A DNA stretch of 64,000 bases from an uncultured delta proteobacterium (GCA_963735595.1 CAVTLK010000005.1:736001-800000); one strand, 5' to 3'; counted from the stretch's first letter, positions 10,095-20,292 are shown. Translations and numbers: made by a program. Notes: generated by a model from the sequence alone, not told the origin.

Positions 10095-10306
10095 CAGACG
10101 GAAACGGGATAACGGCGGCAGAATTTAGGGGCAAGATGCTTGAACGGACAGAGGACATACTGCGGCGCATCACCGACCTCGAAAAAAAGGTTGATTGTCA
10201 CGTCGTCGATCTCGCCATGCTCAAAGTCAAGGCGGGGATGTGGGGATTTCTGGCCGGGGCAGTCCCCTCTCTTGCGGCCCTGCTCGTAATGATATTCAAG
10301 GATTAG
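10091..10306 (+). CDS. Holin-like protein (coiled coil plus C-terminal TM)
   Basis: 71 aa; heptad region then GMWGFLAGAVPSLAALLVMIF; immediately upstream of the endolysin. Confidence 0.55.
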   Translation: MTDGNGITAAEFRGKMLERTEDILRRITDLEKKVDCHVVDLAMLKVKAGMWGFLAGAVPSLAALLVMIFKD

Positions 10307-10308
10307 CC

Positions 10309-10755
10309 ATGAAGATGCGAGATGAAGATTGGCAGCTGGTTAAATATTTCGAGGCACAGGAATTTTCCCCGAGTCCCCACATGATGGAGCAGTCGATTGT
10401 TTTTCTGATCGATACGATACGCGACCTCTATTGCTCACCAATCAATATCACGTCGGCGTGGAGTCCGGGGACCGGGCACTCGGCAACATCACAACACTAC
10501 GTCGGCAAAGCCGTTGACTTCTGGATCGAAGGGATACCATTCAAAGATGCCGTGGGCCTGATGGAGGATTTTTTGAGCGCACCGCCTCGCGGGATAGGTG
10601 AATGGGATAAGGTAGGGCTCGGGATATACCCTCATTGGCTGCACCCGGGATTCCATCTTGATACCCGGGGAGCGATGGCCCGCTGGGGCGCAGTAACACG
10701 GATGGGAAAGCAGGTTTATGTATCATGGGATAACGCAAACAAGGCGGTAGTATGA
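10309..10755 (+). CDS. Peptidase M15A-type Zn endolysin
   Basis: Motifs SQHYVGKAVDF and GLGIY...FHLDTRG; start taken at MKMRDEDW. Confidence 0.8.
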   Translation: MKMRDEDWQLVKYFEAQEFSPSPHMMEQSIVFLIDTIRDLYCSPINITSAWSPGTGHSATSQHYVGKAVDFWIEGIPFKDAVGLMEDFLSAPPRGIGEWDKVGLGIYPHWLHPGFHLDTRGAMARWGAVTRMGKQVYVSWDNANKAVV

Positions 10756-10946
10756 AGATTTGGGAGGCTATCGGAGGGCGCAAGTTCCTGGCACTCACGC
10801 TGGCGTGTATAGTGTACGTCTGGACGGGTCGATTTGATTTCAACCTCGCGCTCATCTTTGCCGCGTATATGGGTGCAAACGTTTTGACTAAGTTAGTTAA
10901 TGGGAAGAAGGAGAAAGAGGTTGAGGTTAAATATGATACTCACTAA
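10752..10946 (+). CDS. Holin (2 TM, charged C-terminal tail)
   Basis: 64 aa 'GGRKFLALTLA...IFAAYMGANVLTK..KKEKEVE'. Confidence 0.65.
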   Translation: MKIWEAIGGRKFLALTLACIVYVWTGRFDFNLALIFAAYMGANVLTKLVNGKKEKEVEVKYDTH

Positions 10947-11166
10947 AAAGAGGATCCTCTTTGTTAGCATTATCATAGCCCTTTGGGCGCTAATAATGCT
11001 CTGGGGCATTCACAGGTACCGGGAAGACGCACTGACGGAAAAGCAGGTTTCCACCCGGAGCCTTCAGGCTCAGGAACGGGTAACACGAGAGTATATTCCC
11101 ACGAAATTGAAGGAAAAGGACTCTGATGAACTAACAAGGATAGGGGTAAACCTATGGGGAGAATAA
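10933..11166 (+). CDS. i-spanin-like type II membrane protein
   Basis: 77 aa; basic N-terminus, single TM, helical periplasmic tail; within the lysis cassette. Confidence 0.5.
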   Translation: MILTKKRILFVSIIIALWALIMLWGIHRYREDALTEKQVSTRSLQAQERVTREYIPTKLKEKDSDELTRIGVNLWGE

Positions 11167-11585
11167 ACAAACTTACTTATTCTATGTCTGGAATGGCTGT
11201 AATATTGAGTAGCCTGATCTGCCTGTTAGTGATAGCAGGTGGATGTTCCACCGCGTCATGGATAATTCATCACAACGGCTCAGGCGATGATCTTCTTATT
11301 AACGAGGCCGACGTGGATGCAATGATTACTGAATTGTCGCTGGTACAGCCAGTAGACTCGGAAACCATACTCCATAACGAAACCACGGATCGATATGAGC
11401 TCACGCCGGATGCCTACAGGAAAGCGATAAGGGACGGGATTATCAGGAGGATTCAGGATAGTAAGATCAGCGCATTTCTTGAGAGCTACCGTCGCGAGAG
11501 TTTTGCCGACGCCCTAAGGAAAGATATGGGCACGGTCGGGACTATTATCCTGTTCCTCGGGATCCTCGGCGGCCTGTTCTATTAA
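11154..11585 (+). CDS. Spanin-like lipoprotein with C-terminal TM
   Basis: Hydrophobic stretch ending LVIAGG-C (lipobox-like) and C-terminal TVGTIILFLGILGGLFY. Confidence 0.5.
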   Translation: MGRINKLTYSMSGMAVILSSLICLLVIAGGCSTASWIIHHNGSGDDLLINEADVDAMITELSLVQPVDSETILHNETTDRYELTPDAYRKAIRDGIIRRIQDSKISAFLESYRRESFADALRKDMGTVGTIILFLGILGGLFY

Positions 11586-11611
11586 AAAGGCGCGGTAACA
11601 ACCGCGCCGTT
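11584..11611. terminator. Terminator hairpin between convergent genes
   Basis: aaaaa-ggcgcggt-aaca-accgcgcc; T-tract on the minus strand. Confidence 0.75.
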
Positions 11612-11642
11612 GAATTATTGTATAGTGGCCGTCAAAAGGTAA

Positions 11643-12366
11643 TCAATCACTTACCATGAGCGTCAGCTTTTCGATGATCGGTGGGTCCTCCGTATCGATT
11701 ACCTGAACCATCTCTTTATACATTCGCCTCTTCATCTCGGCAAATATACCGCGTTTCTTCTGATAGGTTCCCGCTAAGGCCATCGCCTCGGCAATCAGCG
11801 TCTCTTGGTTTTCACAGGCCTTGACAATGACATGATGCGCCTCGAGCTCCGCCGCGCCATAGCGCTTGCCGGAAAGGAGCATTTCGTTGAATTTATACTC
11901 AGGGATGGCCTTCCTGCTGAAGGCGACCATCCCCGGCAAAAACGGGATGCCGATATCGATCTCGGGAAAAAAGAAAAAGCCTCTATCGGCGCGCATGAAG
12001 CGAAAATCGCAGGCGCATGACAGGATCGCCCCGTTGGCTACCGCATGGCCGTTGATTGCAGCGATCACCGGCATCGGGTAGGTTAAGAGCCTCTTGAATA
12101 CCCCGTTGATCCCGTACAGGAACTCCTTGATCTGTTTCGTCTCGTTTTTTCCCATTCGCTCCGTCAACCAGGTAAGGTCGATGCCCTGAGACCAGTTCTT
12201 TGGATCACTGCTGGTGATAACGACCGACGAAAGCTCCTTATCTTTTTCGATGGCGTCCAACGCGGTGGACATATCGGCAACGAAGACGGCGTTGTGGCGG
12301 TTTTCCCCGTTAGTCATCGTGACGACGGCGACGGTCCCTTGTTTCTTCCATTCTACGACAGACATC
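11643..12366 (-). CDS. Enoyl-CoA hydratase/isomerase (crotonase) family
   Basis: WSQGIDL, PVIAAINGHAVANG, CDFRFM, PEIDIG motifs; start MSVVEW after RBS gaggagga. Confidence 0.9.
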
Positions 12367-12431
12367 GATTCCTCCTCGGGTATTCGGGTTGGAGTATAGT
12401 ATGAGGTATTGTGTGTCTTCTGTAATGTGTA

Positions 12432-12460
12432 AGTATAGATAAGTGATTCGTTTGTGTCAA
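12432..12460 (-). promoter_or_regulatory. Sigma70-type promoter for the crotonase gene
   Basis: TTGACA-N17-TATACT on the minus strand. Confidence 0.6.
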
Positions 12461-12675
12461 GGCAAATGAAGGTATGAGATGGTCGTTTCGGATAAGTGGG
12501 AAGCGATGAATTCAATTAAGTTCCTTTAATATGAATACATTTTGTATATGAGACTATTGCAGAACGTCGAGAAGGGGTGTATATACGTTAGTACCGTAAG
12601 GATTTTGTCTGTCCTGACCGCGCGTTTTTTATATCGAGCCCCTTCATGAGGGGCGTTTTAGCGTGAGGCGATTTC

Positions 12676-13590
12676 ATGCTTAGGAAGTATAACGTAGTCG
12701 GCGGCAAATTGGCGGAGACGCAGGAGAATGACGCCCTCCTATTTATCTACATCAATCCCGATGAGAGCGAAAAGAAGCACCTTATTGATGATCTTAAGCT
12801 CGACGAGCATACCCTCGGTTCTGCACTGGACCCTGATGAACTGGCCCGCCTCGAATTCGAGCCCAGGCATACCGCCATCATTTTCAAGCGGCCCGAGCCC
12901 TATAGCCATAAGGACGAGTTCCTATTCAGAATCGCCTCCACCGGCGCCTATCTCTTCAAAGATCGGCTCGTGATCGTGATATCGGAAGATGTTCCGCTGC
13001 TGGATGGAATGCAGCAGATAAGGATGGCGACGCCGGGGTATTTATTGCTTCGGCTCATCAACCGGTCGATAAACCATTTCCTCGGGCACGTCAAGGTTAT
13101 CTCTGCCATTTCGGACGAGTTGCAGGACAAGATCAATCGGGCCATGGAGAACCGGTACCTTATCAATCTCTTCTCGCTGCAGAAGAGCCTTGTCTACTAC
13201 CTCAACTTCATCAACTCCAACGGCGTGGTGCTGGAAAAACTCAAGCTCAACGCAAATAGGATCGGCTTTTCGAAGGAGGAGCTGGAGCTTCTGGACGACA
13301 CCCTCATCGAGAATAACCAGTGTTACCGGCAGGCGGAGATTTACTCCAACATTCTGGCAAGCCTGATGGATGCGCGGGCCTCCATCGTCTCCAATAACCT
13401 CAACGTCCTCATGAAGACGCTCACGCTCATTACGATCACGATCATGGTCCCGACTCTTGTAGTCAGCGCCTTTTCGATGAACGTGGTCATTCCTCTCGCG
13501 AAGCTTCCCTACGCCTTCTGGGTAATCCTCGGGCTGGCGGCAACGTCGGTCCTCAGCATTATCGTCATCTGGCGGAGGAAGGGTTTGTAG
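12676..13590 (+). CDS. corA: CorA-family Mg2+/Co2+ transporter
   Basis: 'SNNLNVLMKTLT...PTLVVSAFSMNV' (GMN-like signature as SMN) and two C-terminal TMs. Confidence 0.85.
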   Translation: MLRKYNVVGGKLAETQENDALLFIYINPDESEKKHLIDDLKLDEHTLGSALDPDELARLEFEPRHTAIIFKRPEPYSHKDEFLFRIASTGAYLFKDRLVIVISEDVPLLDGMQQIRMATPGYLLLRLINRSINHFLGHVKVISAISDELQDKINRAMENRYLINLFSLQKSLVYYLNFINSNGVVLEKLKLNANRIGFSKEELELLDDTLIENNQCYRQAEIYSNILASLMDARASIVSNNLNVLMKTLTLITITIMVPTLVVSAFSMNVVIPLAKLPYAFWVILGLAATSVLSIIVIWRRKGL

Positions 13591-13838
13591 GTAATAGGGC
13601 TATGGTGGCTGATTTTAGGGGAAACATAGAGACGGTCGGCGTATTCTGTAGTGATACATAAACGACCCTCTTCACTGGGCCCTTCCCCCAACTATTATCT
13701 TGACAAATTCCGCTGCCGGTCTAACAATATATCAGAAATCATACTTCCTCCGACACTGTCCGCTTTATCTACGATGCCGGTCTTTCGCGGGGAGGGGTTA
13801 CCCGGCGGCTTTTTACAGGCAACTCCGGAGGGCCTTCC

Positions 13839-14600
13839 ATGAAGAGGTTCTTTTATCATAGTATTTATCCCTTCTACATACCGATCTGGATACTGATAGT
13901 TGCCGTCTCAACGATCGTCATCGGGCCTATCATAATACTCATCCTGTTTATCCCTCATCTCGATCGGGGGGCGCGGTTTACGTACCGTTACCTTGCGCTC
14001 CTCTGGGCCCGGATCAACCTGACACTCTCCGGCGTTCGTGTAAATGTAATCGGCGCAGAAAAGGTGGATAGGGACAAGTCCTACATCGTCATGAGTAACC
14101 ACCAGAGTAATTTCGACGTCCTGGCGTTGGCCACCCGCCTCCCATTACAGTTACGCTGGGTGGCAAAGCGGGAGCTCATGAAGGTCCCTATCTTCGGATT
14201 CGCCATCAAAAAAATGGGAATGATCATCATCGATCGCAAGGACCCCGAGAAGGCCCACGAAAGCATGAAAGCCGCCGATGAAAAAATCAAGTCGGGCCTC
14301 TCGGTTATCATCTTGCCCGAGGGGACCAGAAGCAGAGACGGTAGACTCCTTGAGTTCAAAAAGGGCGGCTTTATTATGGCACTCTCGACAAGGACTCCAA
14401 TCCTGCCTGTCACTATCAACGGAAGCCGGTTCTGTCTTCCCAGGGGTGGGCTCTTCTCTCTGAGGCCCGGAAAGATCCAGTTGATCATCCACGATCTTGT
14501 TGAGGTGGCTGAGCTTACGATCGAGGACCGTGACGGCCTCCTTGAGCAGATCCGCGGTATTATTGAGGGCGAGCTGGACCTGTCATACGGGAAGATTTAG
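13839..14600 (+). CDS. plsC: 1-acyl-sn-glycerol-3-phosphate acyltransferase
   Basis: NHQSNFD and LPEGTRS motifs. Confidence 0.9.
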   Translation: MKRFFYHSIYPFYIPIWILIVAVSTIVIGPIIILILFIPHLDRGARFTYRYLALLWARINLTLSGVRVNVIGAEKVDRDKSYIVMSNHQSNFDVLALATRLPLQLRWVAKRELMKVPIFGFAIKKMGMIIIDRKDPEKAHESMKAADEKIKSGLSVIILPEGTRSRDGRLLEFKKGGFIMALSTRTPILPVTINGSRFCLPRGGLFSLRPGKIQLIIHDLVEVAELTIEDRDGLLEQIRGIIEGELDLSYGKI

Positions 14601-14644
14601 AAGCGGGGCGGCGCGGTGGCCGGCGTAGAAGCTGAGAAAAGGGA

Positions 14645-14678
14645 AACGCCCTGTCTCCTCTGGAGGTGACGGGGCGTT
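14645..14678. terminator. Hairpin between convergent genes
   Basis: aacgccctgtc / gacggggcgtt stem. Confidence 0.5.
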
Positions 14679-14741
14679 AGTTATTGTACAAGGCGCCATA
14701 TCCCGATTCCTTCCGATATGAAACGGCCCGAGAACGCGAAC

Positions 14742-16766
14742 CTACCCGATCCTCCGCCTGCCGAGCTTGCGCCACAGGGCGGCGGCAAACAGAAAGAATA
14801 AAAGGGAGAGCAGAAAGGCCTCGGCGAAAACCACAATGGTTCCCCAGCGGGGATCGTCAATAAGATACTTGGTGCGGTATCGTTCGGGAGTGAAGATACC
14901 GATCGTTGCGGAGAGGGCACGGACGTAGTCCGTGAGAAAGGAGGGCTGCCGCATGTCGCCGGGCCGGATCGTGTCGTAACGGATGACGTCTGAGGCCGGA
15001 TTCACCGGCAGTGGCGTGAGACCTACCGTCTCCTCCACCGAGATGGGGGTAAGCTCCGGGGGTATCTGGACAATCCCTACACGGAGGTTTAACAGCCCCG
15101 AGATGGCAACCACGAGGGCAAGCCACCCCAGGGTGTATACTGGCCGTTCCCCGAAGAGCGAAACCAGCCGGTAGAGCCATAGCCCGATGCGCACCAAAGG
15201 TGTTTCGAAGTTTTCCCTGCGCCGCATCTCCATCTGCCCGGCGAAGAAGTCGCCCGCTTCGTGGTACCGGTAGTTGCGCGTATAATTCTCCATGAGTTGG
15301 TTGTACAGCCGATAAACCTCCCAGTGGTTCTCCTCCTTGGGAGCGGCCCAGATCCTTACGCGTTTCAGGAGCGTGAGCCGGGCGGTGCGTCCTGGCGTGC
15401 CGAGGCGGTCCAGGAAACGGGTCCATCGGGCCACGGTAAGCAACAGGCCTCCGATCCCGAGGAATCGGAAGGGCCGTTGACTATACCGGAAAATCCTCCC
15501 CCGTTCCTGGAAAAGCTCGTCGTAGACCTTGACCCTCCCGGAGAAGAGTGACGAGTTATATCGCCTGCCGCACCACGAGATTCGGACAAAATTAATCCGC
15601 GTAACATCGGTAGAGAGGAAACGCGCACACGAGAGGTCAACGACGGCGAACGTAACGCGATCAGGATACTCGAAAGAGATATCCTGAAAATCCACGGGAG
15701 TGCCGTGATAAAAGGTCCTGCCGGAAAAGAGTATCCTTCCGCCCCCGGAGAACGTCGAGCCGGAGAAGGAGACGCCTGCAGGGCAATGGAACTGTGCGTC
15801 GGAAAAGTCTGCACCGCTGCCTCCCGAGAACCGCGCACGGGAAAAATTAACCGGGCCGTCGCCGATAAATTTCGCGTTAACGAAATTCGCTTTGCTCTTG
15901 CCGGTTAGCTGTGCCAGCGAGAAATTGGCGCCTCCGTTACAGGTAAACTCCGCCTTGTTGAAGTTGGCTCCGCCCCGGCCGGAGAAGTTGGTGGTTGAAA
16001 AATTCGCCTGTCCTTTTCCGAAGAATCTCGTGCTGGAAAAATTGGCCCCATCCCCCCCCGAAAACTGGATCAGGGAAAAGTTCGTACCCCCGTCTTTCGC
16101 GAAGCTCGCCCCGGCGAAGTTAGCCACCTTGCCGGTAAACTCAGCGAAGTGGAAATCCGCCGCCCCCTCACCGGAAAACTCGGCTAACTTGAAGTCCACG
16201 CCGCCGTCCGCCGCGAACTTAGCCCAGGTAAAATCGACAGATCCTCCCGAAAAGACCGTCCGGGAAAAATTTGTTGTGCTGTTCCCGGAAAACTTCGCCA
16301 TCCTGAAATTGGTTCCGCCCGCCCCCTCGAAGCGCGCCCCGCCGAAAGAGACCGTATTGTCACCCAGGAAGGAAGCTTCGATAAAGTTCGCTCCGGATTC
16401 TCCTCCAAAGGTTGCCCCGGAAAGATCGACCGGGCAATTGAATACCGCATCCGAGAAGACGGCATCGGTGAAGGCGAGAGAACCAGCCTCGTGTTTTAGC
16501 CGCGAAAAATCAAACAATCTTGGAAAGACGAAACCGCAGAAGAGATGATGTCCGGATTGGTAGAGCTTCATGAATTCCAGACGGAAGCGTTCGGCATCCT
16601 TATCTTCTCGCGTGTCATGAAAGATGCAGAGCCGCTTTGCCGCCGGGCCGGATTGCCTCTTGGCCGGGTGGGGACACGAGTAGGAAACGTGGGAATTATC
16701 CTTAAGGTTGAGATAGGTCGAAGAATAGTCACACATTGATCGTTCCTCGAAGCTGGTCGTGATCAT
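14742..16766 (-). CDS. Pentapeptide-like repeat protein with C-terminal membrane (channel-like) domain
   Basis: Many ~13-aa repeats (A/V)(N/D)FxxAxFxGxGG; N-terminal C..C..CIFH motif; 'YNQLMENY...AGDFFAGQMEMRR...SLFGERP' followed by TM helices. Confidence 0.75.
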   Translation of the reverse strand: MITTSFEERSMCDYSSTYLNLKDNSHVSYSCPHPAKRQSGPAAKRLCIFHDTREDKDAERFRLEFMKLYQSGHHLFCGFVFPRLFDFSRLKHEAGSLAFTDAVFSDAVFNCPVDLSGATFGGESGANFIEASFLGDNTVSFGGARFEGAGGTNFRMAKFSGNSTTNFSRTVFSGGSVDFTWAKFAADGGVDFKLAEFSGEGAADFHFAEFTGKVANFAGASFAKDGGTNFSLIQFSGGDGANFSSTRFFGKGQANFSTTNFSGRGGANFNKAEFTCNGGANFSLAQLTGKSKANFVNAKFIGDGPVNFSRARFSGGSGADFSDAQFHCPAGVSFSGSTFSGGGRILFSGRTFYHGTPVDFQDISFEYPDRVTFAVVDLSCARFLSTDVTRINFVRISWCGRRYNSSLFSGRVKVYDELFQERGRIFRYSQRPFRFLGIGGLLLTVARWTRFLDRLGTPGRTARLTLLKRVRIWAAPKEENHWEVYRLYNQLMENYTRNYRYHEAGDFFAGQMEMRRRENFETPLVRIGLWLYRLVSLFGERPVYTLGWLALVVAISGLLNLRVGIVQIPPELTPISVEETVGLTPLPVNPASDVIRYDTIRPGDMRQPSFLTDYVRALSATIGIFTPERYRTKYLIDDPRWGTIVVFAEAFLLSLLFFLFAAALWRKLGRRRIG

Positions 16767-16815
16767 TTATCACTATATCGTATTATCCATAAAAATAAAG
16801 AAAAAAAGAGTGTTT

Positions 16816-16983
16816 TGTCGCACATTTACCTCCTTCCATGTGGCTATTACCGCGGGTTGCCCATCTTCAACTCAGTTTGTACAGCCCTCGTGCGAGGATA
16901 TGTATAAATAGACAATCCCCGGGTCGGTTCGGGCTGGTAAGGTTTCGTGTGGTGGTAATGGAGAGGCGTGCGCGTGTGCGACA
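16816..16983. ncRNA. Candidate rod-shaped ncRNA (6S-like architecture)
   Basis: Nested long-range stems tgtcgcaca/tgtgcgaca, ctattaccgc/gtggtaatgg, cagccc/gggctg, with unpaired central strands. Confidence 0.3.
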
Positions 16984-17164
16984 TTATCGTACACGTGTTA
17001 CATAAAGGAGATATATGTGTGAAACAATACGTTCATTTTCAAATAGATTCCCGATAGTAACGTTTTATCTGGATATGGGCGCGCCGGAGTGATATAATAC
17101 TTACTATGGGAAAAGGGTGGCTTGCCGATTGAGGGCGGCCTGTTACGAGACAGGGGGCTACATA

Positions 17165-17347
17165 ATGACTTGGCATATACTTACGATACTCTGCGGCGTT
17201 TTATCAATCCTGGCCGCGTTGTTTCCCGAATCCTACGCCGATCTGGTGGGAGGGAACTTCCTCTCGCTTGTGGTCTTTCTTTCCGGGGCGGTAGTCGTTT
17301 TTGCGAGCCTGGCCCTTGGCAGCTTTCGGGATTTAACCGACGACTAA
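17165..17347 (+). CDS. Small 2-TM membrane protein
   Basis: 60 aa hydrophobic ORF with purine-rich RBS; hairpin gccgtc/gacggc downstream. Confidence 0.5.
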   Translation: MTWHILTILCGVLSILAALFPESYADLVGGNFLSLVVFLSGAVVVFASLALGSFRDLTDD

Positions 17348-17514
17348 ACGGTTCGTTCGGCGAAGATCAGACGTACCGCTTTGGCGTTTGGCGGGCGCGA
17401 GGCCGCCGGATTCCGACACCCGAGCCGTACGCGTACGAATACTAACTCTCAGGCCGTCACCGCAAGGAAGACGGCTTTATTGTTTCTTCCCCGGTGACCC
17501 GGCGCTGAGGCCCG

Positions 17515-18114
17515 TTATTGAGGCCTTTTCGTCAAAACGAATATCGCGTTGATAGCCAGGAGATTGGGGAAGAAACGCACCGGCTTCGCCTTTCCGAGAT
17601 ACCTGGCATCGATTACCTGTATTCGCTTTCGGCGACAAAAGGCAAAGAAATCCTTAATCGAGAGAAAGCGGACGTTAGGCGTATCGAACCAGTAGTGGGG
17701 GAGTGTCGATGTTACGGGGGTCCTCCCGCAGAAGAAGATCGCCGTGCGGGCGGTGATGTGGGCGAAATTCGGAAATCCCACGATCACGTATCTGCCGACT
17801 CTCAGGCATTCCTCTATCACAAAATCGATCTTTCGGGTCTCCTGCATGCTCTGATTGAGGATCACCCAGTCAAACGACATGTCGGGATACTCCGTCAGGC
17901 CGCTCTCGATATCCCCGTGAAACACCGAAAGCCCCCGCATGATGCAGCGGCTCACCGCGTCGTTGTCCAGTTCGATCCCCTGCGCGCGGACGTTCTTGGC
18001 GGTCTCCATGAGAGCGATGAGATCGCCCTCGCCGCATCCGAGGTCAAGCACCCGGGAACCGTTGCCGACGATATCGGCGATAACGCGATAATCAAGCCTG
18101 GCGGTATCAGTCAC
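17515..18114 (-). CDS. metW: Methionine biosynthesis protein MetW
   Basis: [33 protein letters not shown]; directly downstream of metX. Confidence 0.9.
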   Translation of the reverse strand: MTDTARLDYRVIADIVGNGSRVLDLGCGEGDLIALMETAKNVRAQGIELDNDAVSRCIMRGLSVFHGDIESGLTEYPDMSFDWVILNQSMQETRKIDFVIEECLRVGRYVIVGFPNFAHITARTAIFFCGRTPVTSTLPHYWFDTPNVRFLSIKDFFAFCRRKRIQVIDARYLGKAKPVRFFPNLLAINAIFVLTKRPQ

Positions 18115-19266
18115 GACGCCTCTCCAGATTGTCAAGAAAATGGGTAATCAGGCCGGTCTGGGCGACGGTCTCGATCAGGAAGGCGTCGTGCCCGTAGGTC
18201 GAGTCAAGCTCACAATAGGTCGCATCTACATGCCCCCGTTTGAGCTCCCTGACGATATCCCGGGACTGATGGGAAGGGTAGAGCCAGTCGGACTTAAACG
18301 AGATGACCAGAAATCGCGTACCGCGCTTCCTGTCGGCCCGGATGAGCCTTCCGTCCGAAAGGTCGAAGTAGTCCATCGCCTTGGTGATGTAGAGATACGA
18401 ATTGGCGTCAAACCGCTTAACAAAGTTGTCACCCCGGTAGCGCAGATACCCCTCTACCTCAAAGTCATCGGCAAACGAGTAGCTGTATATCCCATTCTTG
18501 AGGCGGCGGGAGAACTTCTCCTCCATCGACGTATCGCTCATGAAGGTGATGTGGCCGATCATACGGGCGACGGCAAGTCCCCTGCCGGGCTGTCCATAGT
18601 CATAATAATTGCCCTGCCGCCAATCGGGATCGGCCATGATCGACTGGCGGATGACCTCGTCAAAGGCGATCTGCTGGGGAGAGTGCTTGAGGGCCGTCGC
18701 CACGGGAATCACCGCCCAAGTGCGTTCGGGAAACTCGGCCGCCCACTGGAGCGCCTGCATCCCTCCCATCGATCCACCGACGACCGCCAGGAGCTTCTCA
18801 ATGTCCAGGTGGTCGATGAGGAGCGCCTGGGCCCGCACCATATCCGATATGGTGATGATCGGAAAATCCAGCGCATAGGGTCTCCCGGTGGCAGGGTTAA
18901 TCGATGAGGGACCGGTGCTCCCCTTGCATCCGCCGATTACGTTGGAGCAGATGACGAAATATCTATTTGTGTCAAACGCCTTGCCCGGGCCGATCATGCC
19001 GTCCCACCAGCCCGGCTCTTTGTCTCCCTCATGATATCCGGCGGCATGGGCGTCGCCCGACAGGGCATGGAGGACCAGGATAGCGTTCGACCGCTCGCGG
19101 TTGAGCGTGCCGTATGTCTCGTAGGCCAGCGTGATGGGCCCCAGTTGCCTTCCGGATTCAAGGATGATCCCGTCCGGCGGATGAGCGAAGGGTTACGGAG
19201 TGGGTCTCTACGAGACCCACCCCCGTCGGTGGTATGTCTAGGCACAACCTGTTCCATGTCTTTCAT
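18107..19266 (-). CDS. metX: Homoserine O-acetyltransferase (5' part frameshifted)
   Basis: GGSMGGMQ nucleophile, [24 protein letters not shown]; two 1-nt insertions in short G/C runs near 19190 and 19222. Confidence 0.9.
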
Positions 19267-19279
19267 TCTTCCTTCTATA

Positions 19280-20215
19280 TCAGGAGGACGCCTCGGAAAA
19301 GAGCCACGTAGAAAGGTAACGCTCGCCGGTATCGGGAAGGAGAGCGACGATGACCTTGCCCGCGCCTTCTGTCCGCCCGGCGATCTCGAGGGCCGCCCAG
19401 AGCGCCGCCCCGCTGGAAATCCCGGCCAGGATTCCCTCCTGCTTGGCGAGGTTCCGTGCGGTAGTCCCCGCGTCTTCATTGGCGACAGTGATGATTTCGT
19501 CGATAACGCCCCGGTTAAGGATATCGGGGACGAATCCCGCCCCGATTCCCTGGATCTTGTGGGGGCCGGCCTTGCCGCCGGAAAGTATCGGCGAGTCCGC
19601 CGGTTCCACCGCGACTATCTTAACAGCGGGTTTGCGTTTCTTCAGTATTTCCCCGACCCCGGTGATCGTTCCGCCGGTGCCGATTCCCGAGATAAAATAG
19701 TCGACGGTTCCGTCCGTATCCGCCCAGATTTCCTCGGCGGTGGTTTTACGGTGGATCTCGGGGTTGGCCGGATTCTTAAACTGCTGCGGGACAAAGCTGT
19801 CTTTCATCTCTTGAGCCAGTTGCTCCGCCTTTTGGATAGCGCCGTTCATCCCATTGGCTCCCTCCGTCAGGACAAGCTCGGCCCCGAGGATCTTGAGAAG
19901 CTGCCGTCGTTCCACGCTCATCGTATCGGGCATCGTCAGGATAAGCCGATAACCCCGGGCGGCGCAGACGAAGGCAAGAGCGATGCCGGTGTTGCCGGAG
20001 GTCGGCTCGATGATGACGGTGCCCTTTGTGATGCGGCCGCTTCGCTCTGCCGAGTCGATCATAGACACTCCGATCCGATCCTTAACGCTCGACAGGGGAT
20101 TAAAGGATTCAATCTTGACCAGCACGGTCGCCTTGACGCCTGTCGCCATCCGGTTTATCCTGACCAGGGGAGTGTTGCCAATGGTTTTAGTAATATCTTC
20201 GAAAATTCTTGTCAT
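19280..20215 (-). CDS. cysK: Cysteine synthase A
   Basis: NPLSSVKDR (PLP Lys), [23 protein letters not shown]. Confidence 0.95.
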   Translation of the reverse strand: MTRIFEDITKTIGNTPLVRINRMATGVKATVLVKIESFNPLSSVKDRIGVSMIDSAERSGRITKGTVIIEPTSGNTGIALAFVCAARGYRLILTMPDTMSVERRQLLKILGAELVLTEGANGMNGAIQKAEQLAQEMKDSFVPQQFKNPANPEIHRKTTAEEIWADTDGTVDYFISGIGTGGTITGVGEILKKRKPAVKIVAVEPADSPILSGGKAGPHKIQGIGAGFVPDILNRGVIDEIITVANEDAGTTARNLAKQEGILAGISSGAALWAALEIAGRTEGAGKVIVALLPDTGERYLSTWLFSEASS

Positions 20216-20292
20216 GTACCTACCTCGTACAATATCCCGGTGTATTGCGGGGGAAAACGGGCGATGTCTTCCGGCATCTTAAATGCCGGGAT

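Larger units (their letters stand above)
2007..11585 (+). mobile_element. Phage-derived tail plus lysis cassette (defective prophage, tailocin-like or GTA-like locus)
   Basis: Co-directional, tightly coupled neck-tube-tip-lysis genes bounded by non-phage genes; no integrase, capsid, terminase, portal or tape measure in the window. Confidence 0.75.

Noticed and set aside
1678..11626. Shared 10-mer attgtatagt near both ends of the phage cassette as possible attL/attR
   Set aside because: Short, AT-rich, does not extend, and there is no integrase or tRNA target; compatible with chance.
17440..17480. actctcagg, resembling the glycine riboswitch 3' motif
   Set aside because: Upstream GGAGA and CCGAAG elements are missing and no plus-strand gene follows; the adjacent hairpin is better explained as a terminator.
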